Of a DNA stretch of 64,000 bases, positions 1-9,571 are shown in pieces (position 1 is the first letter of the stretch; the number at the start of each line of letters is the position of its first letter). The notes below the pieces were generated by a model. It was not told the origin of the DNA. It made no database searches and saw nothing but the letters and a program-made list of their open reading frames with translations. Source of the stretch: an uncultured beta proteobacterium (GTDB taxonomy: Bacteria > Pseudomonadota > Gammaproteobacteria > Burkholderiales > SG8-41); assembly GCA_903893565.1 (NCBI GenBank), contig CAITMU010000108.1:24415-88414 (forward strand), given 5' to 3'. A program made the position numbers and the translations under genes.

Positions 1-143
1 AAGGCCTTTTCCTCCTCACACAAGCGCTTCACCGCTAAAGACCTCGGCGCAAAAAAAGTTAAAAAAACCACCCTCACCCAATAAGCCACCCTTTCTTTTT
101 CATCACAAAGACCCTCTTAATCACTTTTTCTTCCCTCACCTTT

Positions 144-779
144 ATGTTCAATATCGCCCACATCCACGAAGAATATCTACGCGCAGGACTATTAGAACGC
201 GATCTAAATCCGGACCCGCTCCTCCAATTTGAACGTTGGTTCAAAGAGGCGCAGGAGGCTCAAATACCGCTACCAAACGCCATGAGCCTTTCCACCGTAT
301 CGCCTGAAGGTCAACCAAGCTCTCGGGTAGTCTTACTCAAAGACGTCGACCACGGAGGATTTGTTTTTTATACCAACTACGAAAGCCACAAAGGCCAGCA
401 CCTCTTAGTCAATCCCCGAGCCGCTTTGCTTTTTGCTTGGCTCCCCCTCGAACGACAAATTCGCATCGAAGGCTCATTACACCGAGTCAGCTCAGAAGAA
501 TCGGAGGCCTATTTTAACCACCGTCCGTTGGGTAGCCGTCATGCGGCTATCGCCTCTGCACAAAGCACACGAGTGGCCGATCGCCAAGCGCTGGAAACAG
601 CGTTCAATGCAGTAGCACTAGAACAAAAAGATCAGCCCAAACGCCCCCCCCATTGGGGTGGATATCGCCTGATGCCCGAGCGTTTAGAATTTTGGCAAGG
701 ACGGCCTAGCCGTCTTCATGATCGACTGGTCTATCGGCTTGCCCATCCAACTTGGCTCATTGAACGCCTAGCCCCTTAG
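144..779 (+). CDS. pdxH: pyridoxamine 5'-phosphate oxidase
   Basis: 211-aa ORF with ATG start. It is collinear with E. coli PdxH as I recall it (FERWF..., VFYTNYESHKG, LEFWQGRPSRLHDR...RLAP C-terminus). Confidence 0.9.
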   Translation: MFNIAHIHEEYLRAGLLERDLNPDPLLQFERWFKEAQEAQIPLPNAMSLSTVSPEGQPSSRVVLLKDVDHGGFVFYTNYESHKGQHLLVNPRAALLFAWLPLERQIRIEGSLHRVSSEESEAYFNHRPLGSRHAAIASAQSTRVADRQALETAFNAVALEQKDQPKRPPHWGGYRLMPERLEFWQGRPSRLHDRLVYRLAHPTWLIERLAP

Positions 780-1121
780 GTAAAACTGTGGCATGAATCT
801 CATCTCACACCTTGGCTCGACGTGGGATTCTTGAGTCTTCATCCAAAGTGTTGCCAAAAAATGGACTTTGACTTTACCGTCTAGAACGCATTCCACTTTA
901 TGATTCTGAGCAGACAAAGTGTTTTACCTAGCAGGCCTCTTCAAGTAACCTTGCCCCTCCTTACTTAGGTTAACGCCTCTTTTATTCAAGCTCGAGGGCA
1001 AACAACAAAAAGAGGGTTCAAGCTATAATGAGTCTCAAAAGGGTTGCCGTACGGAGTCTGCTATTAAAAAATTCTATGCACTAACCCCCCTTTCATATCA
1101 ATCAGCTGCACGTGGATTCAT

Positions 1122-2093
1122 TTGCCATTGTTGCCCTCCTCTTTCCTCGCCCCCCCTTACCGGCTTAAACGCTGGTTAAAACCGTTACTGGCTTGGTATT
1201 TTGTCATTATTTGGGGCAGTGGCTTTATAGCGACCAAAATTGCCATGCAACATACTTCGCCCTTCACTTTTCTAAGCATTCGCTTTGGCTTTGGCACCGC
1301 TTGCCTTATCCCGATCATTTGGCTCATACGTCCGCAATGGCCTAAAACAGCGAAGGCTTTTTTTCACGTTATCGTTGCAGGCTTACTCATGCACGCAGTG
1401 CATCTCGGTGGCAGTCATTACTCACAATACTTAGGATTGTCTGCTGGCATCACCGCAGTACTCCTGTGCGCTCAACCCGTATTGACCGCTTTATTTGCTG
1501 CCCGCTGGCTCAATGAGAAATTAAGTCCTTATCAATTAATCGGTATTGTGCTGGGTTTAGCAGGAGTCACATTAATTGTTTGGCATAAGCTATCCCTTTC
1601 TGGTACGAGTATCGGCGGCTTCATCGCTGTAGGGGTGGCTTTATTGGGTGTGACTGTGGGCACACTGTATCAGCGTTATTTTTGTGCTGATGTAGATCTT
1701 CGGGCTGCCGCCTTACTGCAGTTTAGCGCCACCTTCTGTACCGTTACCCCATTAGCGTTCATTTTCGAAACACATCAAGTGCGTTGGTCATGGGCCTTAT
1801 GTGGCGCGTTACTTTTTTTAGTCATTGGAGCGTCATTACTCGCGGTGAGTGCTTGGCATTACCTAATGCGAGAGGGCGAGGCGACTCGGGTATCGAGCCT
1901 CATTTATCTCACCCCCGCCTTTGCTATCGTCCCGGAGTACTTTTGGTTTGGTATTGAACCCACCTTGTTTAGCGCTATCGGTATTATCATGACCTGTCTG
2001 GGGGTCGCACTCGTAGCCTATCGAACCCGAGTGCCTCCTGCCCCACAAAAGTCTTCCCCCTCCCACGCTTCGCCCTCCCCCTCTGAGCGGTAA
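1122..2093 (+). CDS. EamA/DMT-family permease
   Basis: 323-aa ORF that is very hydrophobic, with about 10 TM segments in two similar halves typical of EamA transporters. The TTG start is uncertain. Confidence 0.7.
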   Translation: MPLLPSSFLAPPYRLKRWLKPLLAWYFVIIWGSGFIATKIAMQHTSPFTFLSIRFGFGTACLIPIIWLIRPQWPKTAKAFFHVIVAGLLMHAVHLGGSHYSQYLGLSAGITAVLLCAQPVLTALFAARWLNEKLSPYQLIGIVLGLAGVTLIVWHKLSLSGTSIGGFIAVGVALLGVTVGTLYQRYFCADVDLRAAALLQFSATFCTVTPLAFIFETHQVRWSWALCGALLFLVIGASLLAVSAWHYLMREGEATRVSSLIYLTPAFAIVPEYFWFGIEPTLFSAIGIIMTCLGVALVAYRTRVPPAPQKSSPSHASPSPSER

Positions 2094-2098
2094 GAACC

Positions 2099-3223
2099 TT
2101 GAAACTGTCTCTTATTTTTTTACTCACTATTTTGATGCATGTGACTTTTTCAGCCTGTCGGGTCACGCTTTCTTTGTTTGCGCTGAACTTGGGCGCCAGT
2201 GCGTTCACCGTGGGAACAATCATTTCTTTAATTGCCGCCATCCCCATCATTTTTTGTGTCCGCTGGGGCCGTCATATTGACCATAGTGGTATCTATACGC
2301 CGATGTTGTTGGCCAGCGCCTTGGAATTAACTGCCACCCTGCTGGCTTACTGTGTGCCGCGAATTGAAACTTTATTTATCGTCAGTCTCTTAGTTGGGTC
2401 AGGGTTTATGCTTTTTCACATCTGCATTAACCAAGCCACGGCATTGATCGGTAGCGCTGAAGAGCGCACTAAAAACTTCAACACGTTAGCGCTGGCTTTT
2501 TCCACCTCAGGATTCATCGGTCCGGTCACCGCTGGATTTTCCATAGATGCCATTGGACATCGTAATACTTTTTTATTAAGCGCCTTATTTGCCTTACTGG
2601 CTATGGGTTTGCTGCGATACCACCACAAAGTTATTAAAAAACAAGCCCCGCGCCAGACGGCAGAAGTATCTCGCCATGAATTAAGTTTGCTTCATATACC
2701 GGAAATGGTCAGAGTGTTTATTATTAGTGGTCTTTTATCCATGTGTTGGGATTTATATTCTTTTGTCATGCCTATTCATGGATCGAGCTTAGGCTTATCG
2801 GCCACCACTATCGGCTTAATTCTAGGCTCCTTTGGCATCGCCATCTTTGGCTTTCGTTTAATCATGCCTTGGATTATTCAACACTTCACTGAGCGCCAAA
2901 TTCTACTTTGTGCGATGGTACTCACTGGGTTAGTGTTCATTGTATTACCCTTGGTCAAAAGTGTCCCTTTACTGATGCTAGTGTCCTTCGTTATGGGTAT
3001 TGGCTTAGGTGGCACTCAGCCGATCATCATGGCCATGCTCTTCGAACAGGCCCCAGCCGGCAGAGGAGCTGAAGCGGCGGCCATTCGCACTCGCCTTTTT
3101 AATATCACGCAGGCTGGCATTCCGATGATTTTTGGGGCACTGGGCGCTTGGATGGGTATGACCCCAATCTTTGTCACGATGGGCCTCGCACTCTTGGTAG
3201 GGGCTTGGTATGCCCGAGGCTAA
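2099..3223 (+). CDS. MFS transporter
   Basis: 374-aa multi-TM ORF with an MFS-like loop 2-3 motif (VRWGRHIDHSG). It starts 5 nt after the upstream stop, with a TTG start. Confidence 0.7.
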   Translation: MKLSLIFLLTILMHVTFSACRVTLSLFALNLGASAFTVGTIISLIAAIPIIFCVRWGRHIDHSGIYTPMLLASALELTATLLAYCVPRIETLFIVSLLVGSGFMLFHICINQATALIGSAEERTKNFNTLALAFSTSGFIGPVTAGFSIDAIGHRNTFLLSALFALLAMGLLRYHHKVIKKQAPRQTAEVSRHELSLLHIPEMVRVFIISGLLSMCWDLYSFVMPIHGSSLGLSATTIGLILGSFGIAIFGFRLIMPWIIQHFTERQILLCAMVLTGLVFIVLPLVKSVPLLMLVSFVMGIGLGGTQPIIMAMLFEQAPAGRGAEAAAIRTRLFNITQAGIPMIFGALGAWMGMTPIFVTMGLALLVGAWYARG

Positions 3224-3271
3224 CGCTTAGCTGCCCTTATTTGTAGACTTATAGCCACGATACAAAAAATT

Positions 3272-3302
3272 AAAGCCCCGTTTATTTAATCTACGGGGCT
3301 TT
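3272..3302. terminator. hairpin terminator between convergent MFS and SWIB genes
   Basis: AAAGCCCCG-13 nt-CGGGGCTTT, a perfect 9-bp stem. On the minus strand it is followed by AATTTTTTG, so it fits best as the terminator of the SWIB gene. Confidence 0.55.
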
Positions 3303-3385
3303 AATCAACGTCTAATCATTGGGCTTGGTTTTAAATCTATTGAAATCCATTGCACCCTAAACCCAATGACTCCACAAGGGCTAAC

Positions 3386-3694
3386 TTAGCCCAAATGCTT
3401 ACTCACTAACTTGGTCATCTCAAACATACTCACTTGTTTTTTCCCACCAAATACTTTTTTCAACAAGTCATCGGCATTAATGTTGCGACGATTTTTGCTG
3501 TCTTGCAAATCGTGTTTTTTAATGTAGGCCCAGATTTTTTTAGTCACTTCGGTGCGCGGCATTGCAGCAGTACCAATCACTGCACCCAACTCAGCACTGG
3601 GTTTCATGGGTTTCATGAATGCGGCATTGGGCTTGCGTTTAGCAGCCTTCTTTTTAGCCGGTGCTTTCTTGGTAGCTTTTTTCTTTGCAGCCAT
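3386..3694 (-). CDS. SWIB/MDM2-domain protein with Lys/Ala-rich N-terminal tail
   Basis: 102 aa. The tail is MAAKKKATKKAPAKKKAAKRK, followed by a SWIB-like core (TEVTKKIWAYIKKHDLQD...INADDLLKKVFG...FEMTKLVSKHL). GGAG lies 7 nt upstream of the ATG. Confidence 0.8.
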   Translation of the reverse strand: MAAKKKATKKAPAKKKAAKRKPNAAFMKPMKPSAELGAVIGTAAMPRTEVTKKIWAYIKKHDLQDSKNRRNINADDLLKKVFGGKKQVSMFEMTKLVSKHLG

Positions 3695-3713
3695 TGAGAA
3701 TCTCCGTTAGAGG

Positions 3714-4055
3714 TTAATTAAAATAGATGTTGGTTTTTACGCTATTTGCTCTTGTCTCCCAGCCAAACATCGGCTCGGTTGTGAGAGGATGCCGACGGAA
3801 ATAGAGCTTGTCAATGGTTTTCTCGAGTGAAAGCCACAATTTTTTGCTCTGCAAAGCTTTCTTAAAAACCAGTACACACCCATTCGGCGGGCTGTATCCC
3901 GCGTTCATGAACACGTAGATAAACCCCTCTTCACGTATTTTCAAAGATTTGTCTGCGGTAACGTTTCCTCCAAACGTGTCATTTTGAGCTGTCGCTGTAA
4001 CGGGGTAAGTCAGACTAAATCCAACGAAAATCTCACCCCACAGACAATGCTCCAC
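3714..4055 (-). CDS. hypothetical protein (orphan ORF upstream of SWIB gene)
   Basis: 113-aa ORF with a GTG start. Its stop is 19 nt from the SWIB ATG on the same strand. I recognised no family, and the N-terminus is only weakly signal-peptide-like. Confidence 0.3.
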   Translation of the reverse strand: MEHCLWGEIFVGFSLTYPVTATAQNDTFGGNVTADKSLKIREEGFIYVFMNAGYSPPNGCVLVFKKALQSKKLWLSLEKTIDKLYFRRHPLTTEPMFGWETRANSVKTNIYFN

Positions 4056-4274
4056 AATCGATTACGTAAACTAAGTGCTTATTTTTTAATGTATTCATTG
4101 TTCATACCCCTTCGCTTACACGAAGGGGTATGGGCCGGTATGAGCCTGTGGCATTGGATAGCCAGCCAACGGGGTGCTTGATTTTTGTTAAAAAAAGGGG
4201 CCTCAAGCCAGCCATTGGCCTACTCATTTTCACTACCTGGCTATGCTATTGCAGTTAAGTCAAAGAAAGAAGGG

Positions 4275-4832
4275 TCAGGACGTCGCTTTTCGCTTGTCAG
4301 CAAAACGCTTTCGAAATTTAGCCACTTTAGGGGCCACCACAAACTGGCAATAACCCGCTCCGGGATTACGAACAAAATAATTCTGATGATAGCTTTCAGC
4401 ACCATAAAAAGAACTAGCCGGGGCGAGCTCCGTCACAATCGGCGAAGACCATAAACCTGCGCTTTGTTGCTCCTGCATGAAGGCCTGAGCCTCTTTTTTT
4501 TGTTCGGGAGAGTGGTAAAAAATGGCTGAGCGATACTGCGTGCCCGAATCATTCCCTTGCCGATTAAGTGTCGTAGGATCGTGAATGACAAAAAATACCT
4601 CGAGAATTTCACGAAAGGTGATTCGCTCTGGATCAAACTCTAACTGCACCACTTCAGCATGGCCGGTCTCACCACCACAAACCGCCTCATAAGTTGGAGC
4701 CGGGTCTGCGCCTCCCATATATCCAGACACTACCGAATGCACACCATTTAATTCATCAAACACCGCTTCAAGGCACCAAAAACATCCACCGGCCAACGTG
4801 GCTTTCATCAGCGATATCGTGGGGGGAGGCAT
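4275..4832 (-). CDS. msrA: peptide-methionine (S)-S-oxide reductase
   Basis: GGCFWC active-site motif, plus the HDPTTLNRQGND and GTQYRSAIFY family signatures. AGGA lies 6 nt upstream of the ATG at 4832. Confidence 0.9.
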   Translation of the reverse strand: MPPPTISLMKATLAGGCFWCLEAVFDELNGVHSVVSGYMGGADPAPTYEAVCGGETGHAEVVQLEFDPERITFREILEVFFVIHDPTTLNRQGNDSGTQYRSAIFYHSPEQKKEAQAFMQEQQSAGLWSSPIVTELAPASSFYGAESYHQNYFVRNPGAGYCQFVVAPKVAKFRKRFADKRKATS

Positions 4833-5049
4833 CTCAAATCCTTTCTCTAGTCAATGGACGAAATAACAATATTAAAATCTTACTTTCCTGAAGGCCGACA
4901 GCGCGCGATAGCGTGTGAAAATTTCTCAGTCCCACCAAAAACGAGGCTATACTTCTCTTAGCTTTTGCACCGATGAAGGCAGAAAACTCAAAAATGATCT
5001 CACACATTCATTCTTTCTTTACCCATCACTCACCTACCCACTAACCCCC

Positions 5050-5799
5050 ATGCCCTCCTTTATCAAACCTTGGTATCAACTCGGCTACATCATACCCCAC
5101 CTTTACACCGATCAGGATGCCTACCAATTCTACCGCGTCGCCCCCGATGGAATGATGTTGGTGACCACGGGTCTTAACTTACGCGAATACAGTCTGGCTG
5201 CTGTCGAAGAGAATTTACCGACCTTATGGGAGCGTTTCAATTTACTCGCCCAAAAAAAGGTGGATCGTATTTCTCTGTCAGGGGTTCCCGTAGCCTCTGC
5301 TTTGGGGCGCCCCAAGATGTTAGAAATTTTGCAAGAGGCCGAAGCGCGCACAGGACTGGTCTGCGACACCGATCTAGAGGCCCATATCGCGGCTTTAAAA
5401 GCGCTGGGAGCGACTCAAATTGCGCTCGCCACGCGTTGGCCTGAGGCCATCAATCAAATGCTGACTCGATACTTAGCCCTAGCGGACATTCATGTGCTGG
5501 GTTGCTGCTCGCGGTCACGCTCGTTGGATCAAAATAAAGGAGCCAATGCGAGTGACGACCATGAGCTCGCGCTTGAATTAGGTCGTCAGGCATTGCAGCA
5601 ATTTCCGCAAGCACAAGCTTTATTAATGCCCGGGGGATTATGGTATGCCATTTATGCCGCCCCTCAGTTAGAGTCGGAATTTGGCAAGCCTGTATTGTTA
5701 AATATTTTATCGACTACTTGGGCAGCCCTTCAATCGGCATCGCAACCCCTCGTCCAGCGCCCCCAAAATCACTGGGGCATGCTCTTATCTCGACTGTAA
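5050..5799 (+). CDS. Asp/Glu/hydantoin-racemase-superfamily protein (maleate isomerase / arylmalonate decarboxylase-like)
   Basis: The size is about 250 aa from the internal ATG at 5050. The pattern (LGYIIPH..., ISLSGVPVA, ALATRWP) resembles this superfamily. The family assignment is tentative. Confidence 0.45.
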   Translation: MPSFIKPWYQLGYIIPHLYTDQDAYQFYRVAPDGMMLVTTGLNLREYSLAAVEENLPTLWERFNLLAQKKVDRISLSGVPVASALGRPKMLEILQEAEARTGLVCDTDLEAHIAALKALGATQIALATRWPEAINQMLTRYLALADIHVLGCCSRSRSLDQNKGANASDDHELALELGRQALQQFPQAQALLMPGGLWYAIYAAPQLESEFGKPVLLNILSTTWAALQSASQPLVQRPQNHWGMLLSRL

Positions 5800-5823
5800 G
5801 CTAGGGGAGGAGGGTTTGACTCT

Positions 5824-7119
5824 CTAAACGGTTTTGTTTGTGTTTTTTGGCTTTTCAAAATCGGTTCGCTCATTCATTGGCAAACCTTGTAAATGACGAC
5901 GCAAACTATCTAACCCCATCTCCACCGCCCCAAGCCTCACCCATTCGCGCCCTCCGGCAATGCGGCTCAAACGGCTAAAGCAATGGCCGTTAGCATCCGC
6001 AATGGCTACACTGACTTCGCCAGAAAATTCCACTCGGTCAACCCCCTCATCCACCACCACCAAGATCGCCATACCGAGAGTGCTTCCGCTTTGCAATCTT
6101 GCGGCGATGGCTGCTTGCTTGGCATTGGCAACATCCAAGGCGCTAAGCGGCAACGACAAGCCTAGGGCTGAACTTAATTGAGCCTTGTCCTGCGCGACGG
6201 TGTTGCGTAATACCCGACCCTGAGCCTGCGGCAACGGCATCAATCGTGCACTGATTTGGCCTGCGGTAAAAGTTTCCACCAAGGTCAACGTGGCATTAGC
6301 TTTGATCAGTTCATCGACAATAACGCCTTCCAAGCTTTGGTCATCCTCGCCAATAATAAAATGCCCCAATCGTGCTCGCACTTCGTTTTCCAACGGGGCC
6401 ATCATAGCGCGAAGGGCATTAACCTCCTCACCACGGGCCGTAAGTTTTGTTTCTAATTGGGGGTAATGGGCACGGAAACCTAATTTAACGCTGCCCGATG
6501 GGGCCAAGGATTCGAGCCCGCTTAACAACTCATCCGCATGCGATTCTCCGATCCCATAGGAATGAAATCGTTTTAATAACACCACACTTTGTCGACCATT
6601 TTGTTTTAATAGTCTCGGTACGATTTGCTCCTCTAGCATCCGAAACAATTCGCGGGGCACTCCAGGGGTGAAATAAAACCGAGCTTTGCCTATCAATAAT
6701 GCAAAGCCACAGGCTGTGCCAATTGGATTATCAAGAACTTCAGCACCCTCAGGCAACATCGCTTGTTTAATATTGTTCGCGGGCATGATGCGACCCCGCT
6801 TGGTGAAAAACGATTCCATACTTACCAACCAAGTCTTATTCAAGACTAATGACACGCCTGCCGCTTGGGCTGCGATTTCTTGAGATAAGTCGTCGACTGT
6901 TGGTCCCAGGCCCCCATTAACAATCACTGCGTCAGCCCGTTGACTCGCCAAACGAAAAGCCAGTAACAAACTCTCCCGATCATCACCCACCGTGGTTTCC
7001 CAATCTAAAGAAAAACCAAAATCTCCCAGCTTTTGACTAATGAAGCTGAAATTGGAATTCACGACCTTGCCACTTAATACTTCGTCCCCAGTACAAATGA
7101 CTTCTATTCGCATATTCAA
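5824..7119 (-). CDS. cinA: CinA-like competence/damage-inducible protein (MoCF-binding domain plus divergent PncC-like domain)
   Basis: The N-terminus (IEVICTGDEVLSGKVVNSN...VIVNGGLGPTVDD) is typical of CinA. The C-terminal domain is present, but the canonical ESCTGG is replaced by ETFTAG. Confidence 0.8.
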   Translation of the reverse strand: MNMRIEVICTGDEVLSGKVVNSNFSFISQKLGDFGFSLDWETTVGDDRESLLLAFRLASQRADAVIVNGGLGPTVDDLSQEIAAQAAGVSLVLNKTWLVSMESFFTKRGRIMPANNIKQAMLPEGAEVLDNPIGTACGFALLIGKARFYFTPGVPRELFRMLEEQIVPRLLKQNGRQSVVLLKRFHSYGIGESHADELLSGLESLAPSGSVKLGFRAHYPQLETKLTARGEEVNALRAMMAPLENEVRARLGHFIIGEDDQSLEGVIVDELIKANATLTLVETFTAGQISARLMPLPQAQGRVLRNTVAQDKAQLSSALGLSLPLSALDVANAKQAAIAARLQSGSTLGMAILVVVDEGVDRVEFSGEVSVAIADANGHCFSRLSRIAGGREWVRLGAVEMGLDSLRRHLQGLPMNERTDFEKPKNTNKTV

Positions 7120-7174
7120 TAGGAATTATCTTAAATTAATCCAGCATGACCAAGCACTCTAGCAAATCCAAGCA

Positions 7175-8176
7175 TCATTGATGTTGCTGGTAATAATGGC
7201 CGATTAATTCGACCTCCTTTTTTGATCCCAAAATAACGCCCTGACGTTGATGCAGTTTTTTGGGTACAACGTCCATGATGCTTTCGTGGCCATTGATCGC
7301 GGCCCCCCCGGCCTGCTCCACAATAAAGGCCATTGGATTGGCTTCGTAGAGCAAACGCAAACGCCCTTCTGTGTGTTTGGCATCTGCTGGGTACATGAAA
7401 ACCCCACCGCGCGTGAGAATGCGATAAACATCAGCCACCATGGAGGCCACCCAGCGCATATTGAAATCTTTGCCTCGCACCCCGCCCTTGCCGGCGAGGC
7501 ACTCATCGATATAACGCACAACCGGTGCTGGCCAATTACGCCGATTGGACATGTTGATAGAAAACTCCTGCGTCTCTTCTGGAATCTGGATCTGTGGCTG
7601 GGTCAGAATCCAACTGCCTGATTGGCGATCTAAAGTAAAACCGACGACCCCGTGGCCTAGCGTTAATACCATCAAGGTCGATGGGCCATACACGACAAAG
7701 CCCGCAGCGACTTGGCTCACCCCCGGTTGGAAAAACACTTTCTCATCCGTAGGATCTGCCTCAGCGGGACATTTTAAAATTGAAAAAATCGTACCCACCG
7801 ACACGTTGACATCAATATTGGAAGATCCATCCAGCGGATCAAAAACCAAAAGATAGGGCCCCTTTGGGTAGTGGGACGCAATACTAATCGGGTGCTCCAT
7901 CTCTTCTGAAGCCATGCCCGCCAGGCTGCCCCCCCATTCGGTGGCTTGCATCATTAAATCATTGGATATTACATCTAATTTTTTTTGTGCTTCCCCCTGT
8001 ATATTGTCAGAACCGGCACCACCGAGGACGCCAGCCAGCGCCCCTTGGTTGATGGCATGGGCAATGGACTGACAAGACTGGCCTACCGACTCGATTAACT
8101 GACGCAGGTGCATCCCCACGCCGCCTTGGGTGCGCTCTTGCTGGAGTAGGTATTCCGATAGTGAAATGCGCTTCAT
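7175..8176 (-). CDS. fbp: fructose-1,6-bisphosphatase class 1
   Basis: 333 aa with FBPase motifs ([33 protein letters not shown]). Confidence 0.92.
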   Translation of the reverse strand: MKRISLSEYLLQQERTQGGVGMHLRQLIESVGQSCQSIAHAINQGALAGVLGGAGSDNIQGEAQKKLDVISNDLMMQATEWGGSLAGMASEEMEHPISIASHYPKGPYLLVFDPLDGSSNIDVNVSVGTIFSILKCPAEADPTDEKVFFQPGVSQVAAGFVVYGPSTLMVLTLGHGVVGFTLDRQSGSWILTQPQIQIPEETQEFSINMSNRRNWPAPVVRYIDECLAGKGGVRGKDFNMRWVASMVADVYRILTRGGVFMYPADAKHTEGRLRLLYEANPMAFIVEQAGGAAINGHESIMDVVPKKLHQRQGVILGSKKEVELIGHYYQQHQ

Positions 8177-8279
8177 TTGATTCCCTTCATAACTTTTAAA
8201 TGGTTGCGTAATAAAGCCTACAGGGTCGCTTTGTAAAATCGGTGCGGATTAGAGAATATTCACCAAGAGCCGCACGAGT

Positions 8280-9467
8280 TTATGGTTGCAAATTTAATCG
8301 GGCAAACTTTCTTTTGCCTACTTGAACCACAAAAATTCCTTGGTTGAGTTTTCGAGTTTTATCCGTCACTTTCTCTCCGTCGATACGCACACCCCCTTGC
8401 TCAATCATACGCACCGCTTCATTAGTGCTTGAAGTCAAATGAGCGAGCTTTAATAATTGCGTAATAGCAACTCCCTCCCCGACTGCCAAACTAATCTCGT
8501 CCATGGTCTCAGGCATAGCCCCATGCTTAAACCGAGCCTCAAAATCTGCCAAAGCATCAACACTGGCCTGCGGGTTATGAAATCGGGCCACAATCTCTTG
8601 GGCCAATTGAACCTTGATATCACGCGGATTGGCCCCGTCTGTAACCGATTGCTTCCACTGATCTACCTGTGCCACTGAAGAAAATGAGAGTAATTCAAAA
8701 TAACGCCACATCAAATCATCCGAAATGGACATGAGCTTTCCGAAAATTTCATTCGGGGCTTCATTAATGCCAACGTAGTTGCCCAAAGATTTGGACATTT
8801 TATTGACCCCATCGAGCCCCTCCAATAACGGCATCGTCAAAATACACTGGGGTGACTGACCATAATGCTTTTGCAACTCCCGTCCCATCAGCAAATTAAA
8901 CTTCTGGTCCGTTCCTCCCAGTTCCAAATCAGCTCTTAAAGCAACCGAATCGTAGCCTTGTACCAGTGGGTAGAGAAACTCGTGAATAGCAATCGGTTGA
9001 TTCGATTTATAGCGCTTCGTAAAATCATCTCGCTCCAACATGCGCGCTACAGTGTGCGTCGAGGCTAATTTAATCAGATCTGCCGCCCCCATCGGTTGCA
9101 TCCAAGTGGAATTAAACACGACTTCCGTCTTGTGGCGGTCCAGAATCTTAAAAACCTGCTCCGTATACGTTTCGGCATTACGACTGACTTCCTCACTCGT
9201 TAATGGAGGGCGTGTTGCATTTTTACCTGTCGGATCCCCGATCATGCCGGTAAAATCCCCGATCAAAAACAAAATATGGTGGCCTAAATCCTGTAATTGA
9301 CGCAGTTTATTGATTAATACGGTGTGTCCGAGGTGCAAATCGGGTGCCGTCGGATCAAAGCCTGCTTTGACCCTCAAGGGTCGACCTGTTCGCAATTTTG
9401 CGACCAATTCCTCCTCGATCAGCAACTCATCACAACCGCGTCGAATAATTTCCAGCTGATTTTGCAT
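8280..9467 (-). CDS. tyrS: tyrosine--tRNA ligase
   Basis: HLGH (HIGH-type) and KMSKS motifs are both present ([16 protein letters not shown]). A C-terminal S4-like domain is also present. Confidence 0.93.
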   Translation of the reverse strand: MQNQLEIIRRGCDELLIEEELVAKLRTGRPLRVKAGFDPTAPDLHLGHTVLINKLRQLQDLGHHILFLIGDFTGMIGDPTGKNATRPPLTSEEVSRNAETYTEQVFKILDRHKTEVVFNSTWMQPMGAADLIKLASTHTVARMLERDDFTKRYKSNQPIAIHEFLYPLVQGYDSVALRADLELGGTDQKFNLLMGRELQKHYGQSPQCILTMPLLEGLDGVNKMSKSLGNYVGINEAPNEIFGKLMSISDDLMWRYFELLSFSSVAQVDQWKQSVTDGANPRDIKVQLAQEIVARFHNPQASVDALADFEARFKHGAMPETMDEISLAVGEGVAITQLLKLAHLTSSTNEAVRMIEQGGVRIDGEKVTDKTRKLNQGIFVVQVGKRKFARLNLQP

Positions 9468-9571
9468 GATCCAATGCCGATTCTAAAAGTTCATATTATG
9501 AAAAAAAGGTTGACCCTACTCACAGTACTGTTAAGCTCAGTCATCAATCGATCGACTTGACTTAACCCACA

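Noticed and set aside
433-615. Many short track ORFs lie inside or antisense to well-supported genes. Examples are 433-615, 1863-2066, 1987-2250, 2416-2628, 3434-3697, 4185-4454, 4433-4636, 5130-5444, 5960-6883, 7204-7856, 8457-9560, 9637-9965 and 10697-11132, and the same pattern recurs throughout the window.
   Set aside because: Each is fully overlapped by a longer ORF with clear family motifs, and their sequences are low-complexity or Arg/Ser/Pro-rich shadow translations. I treat them as non-coding.
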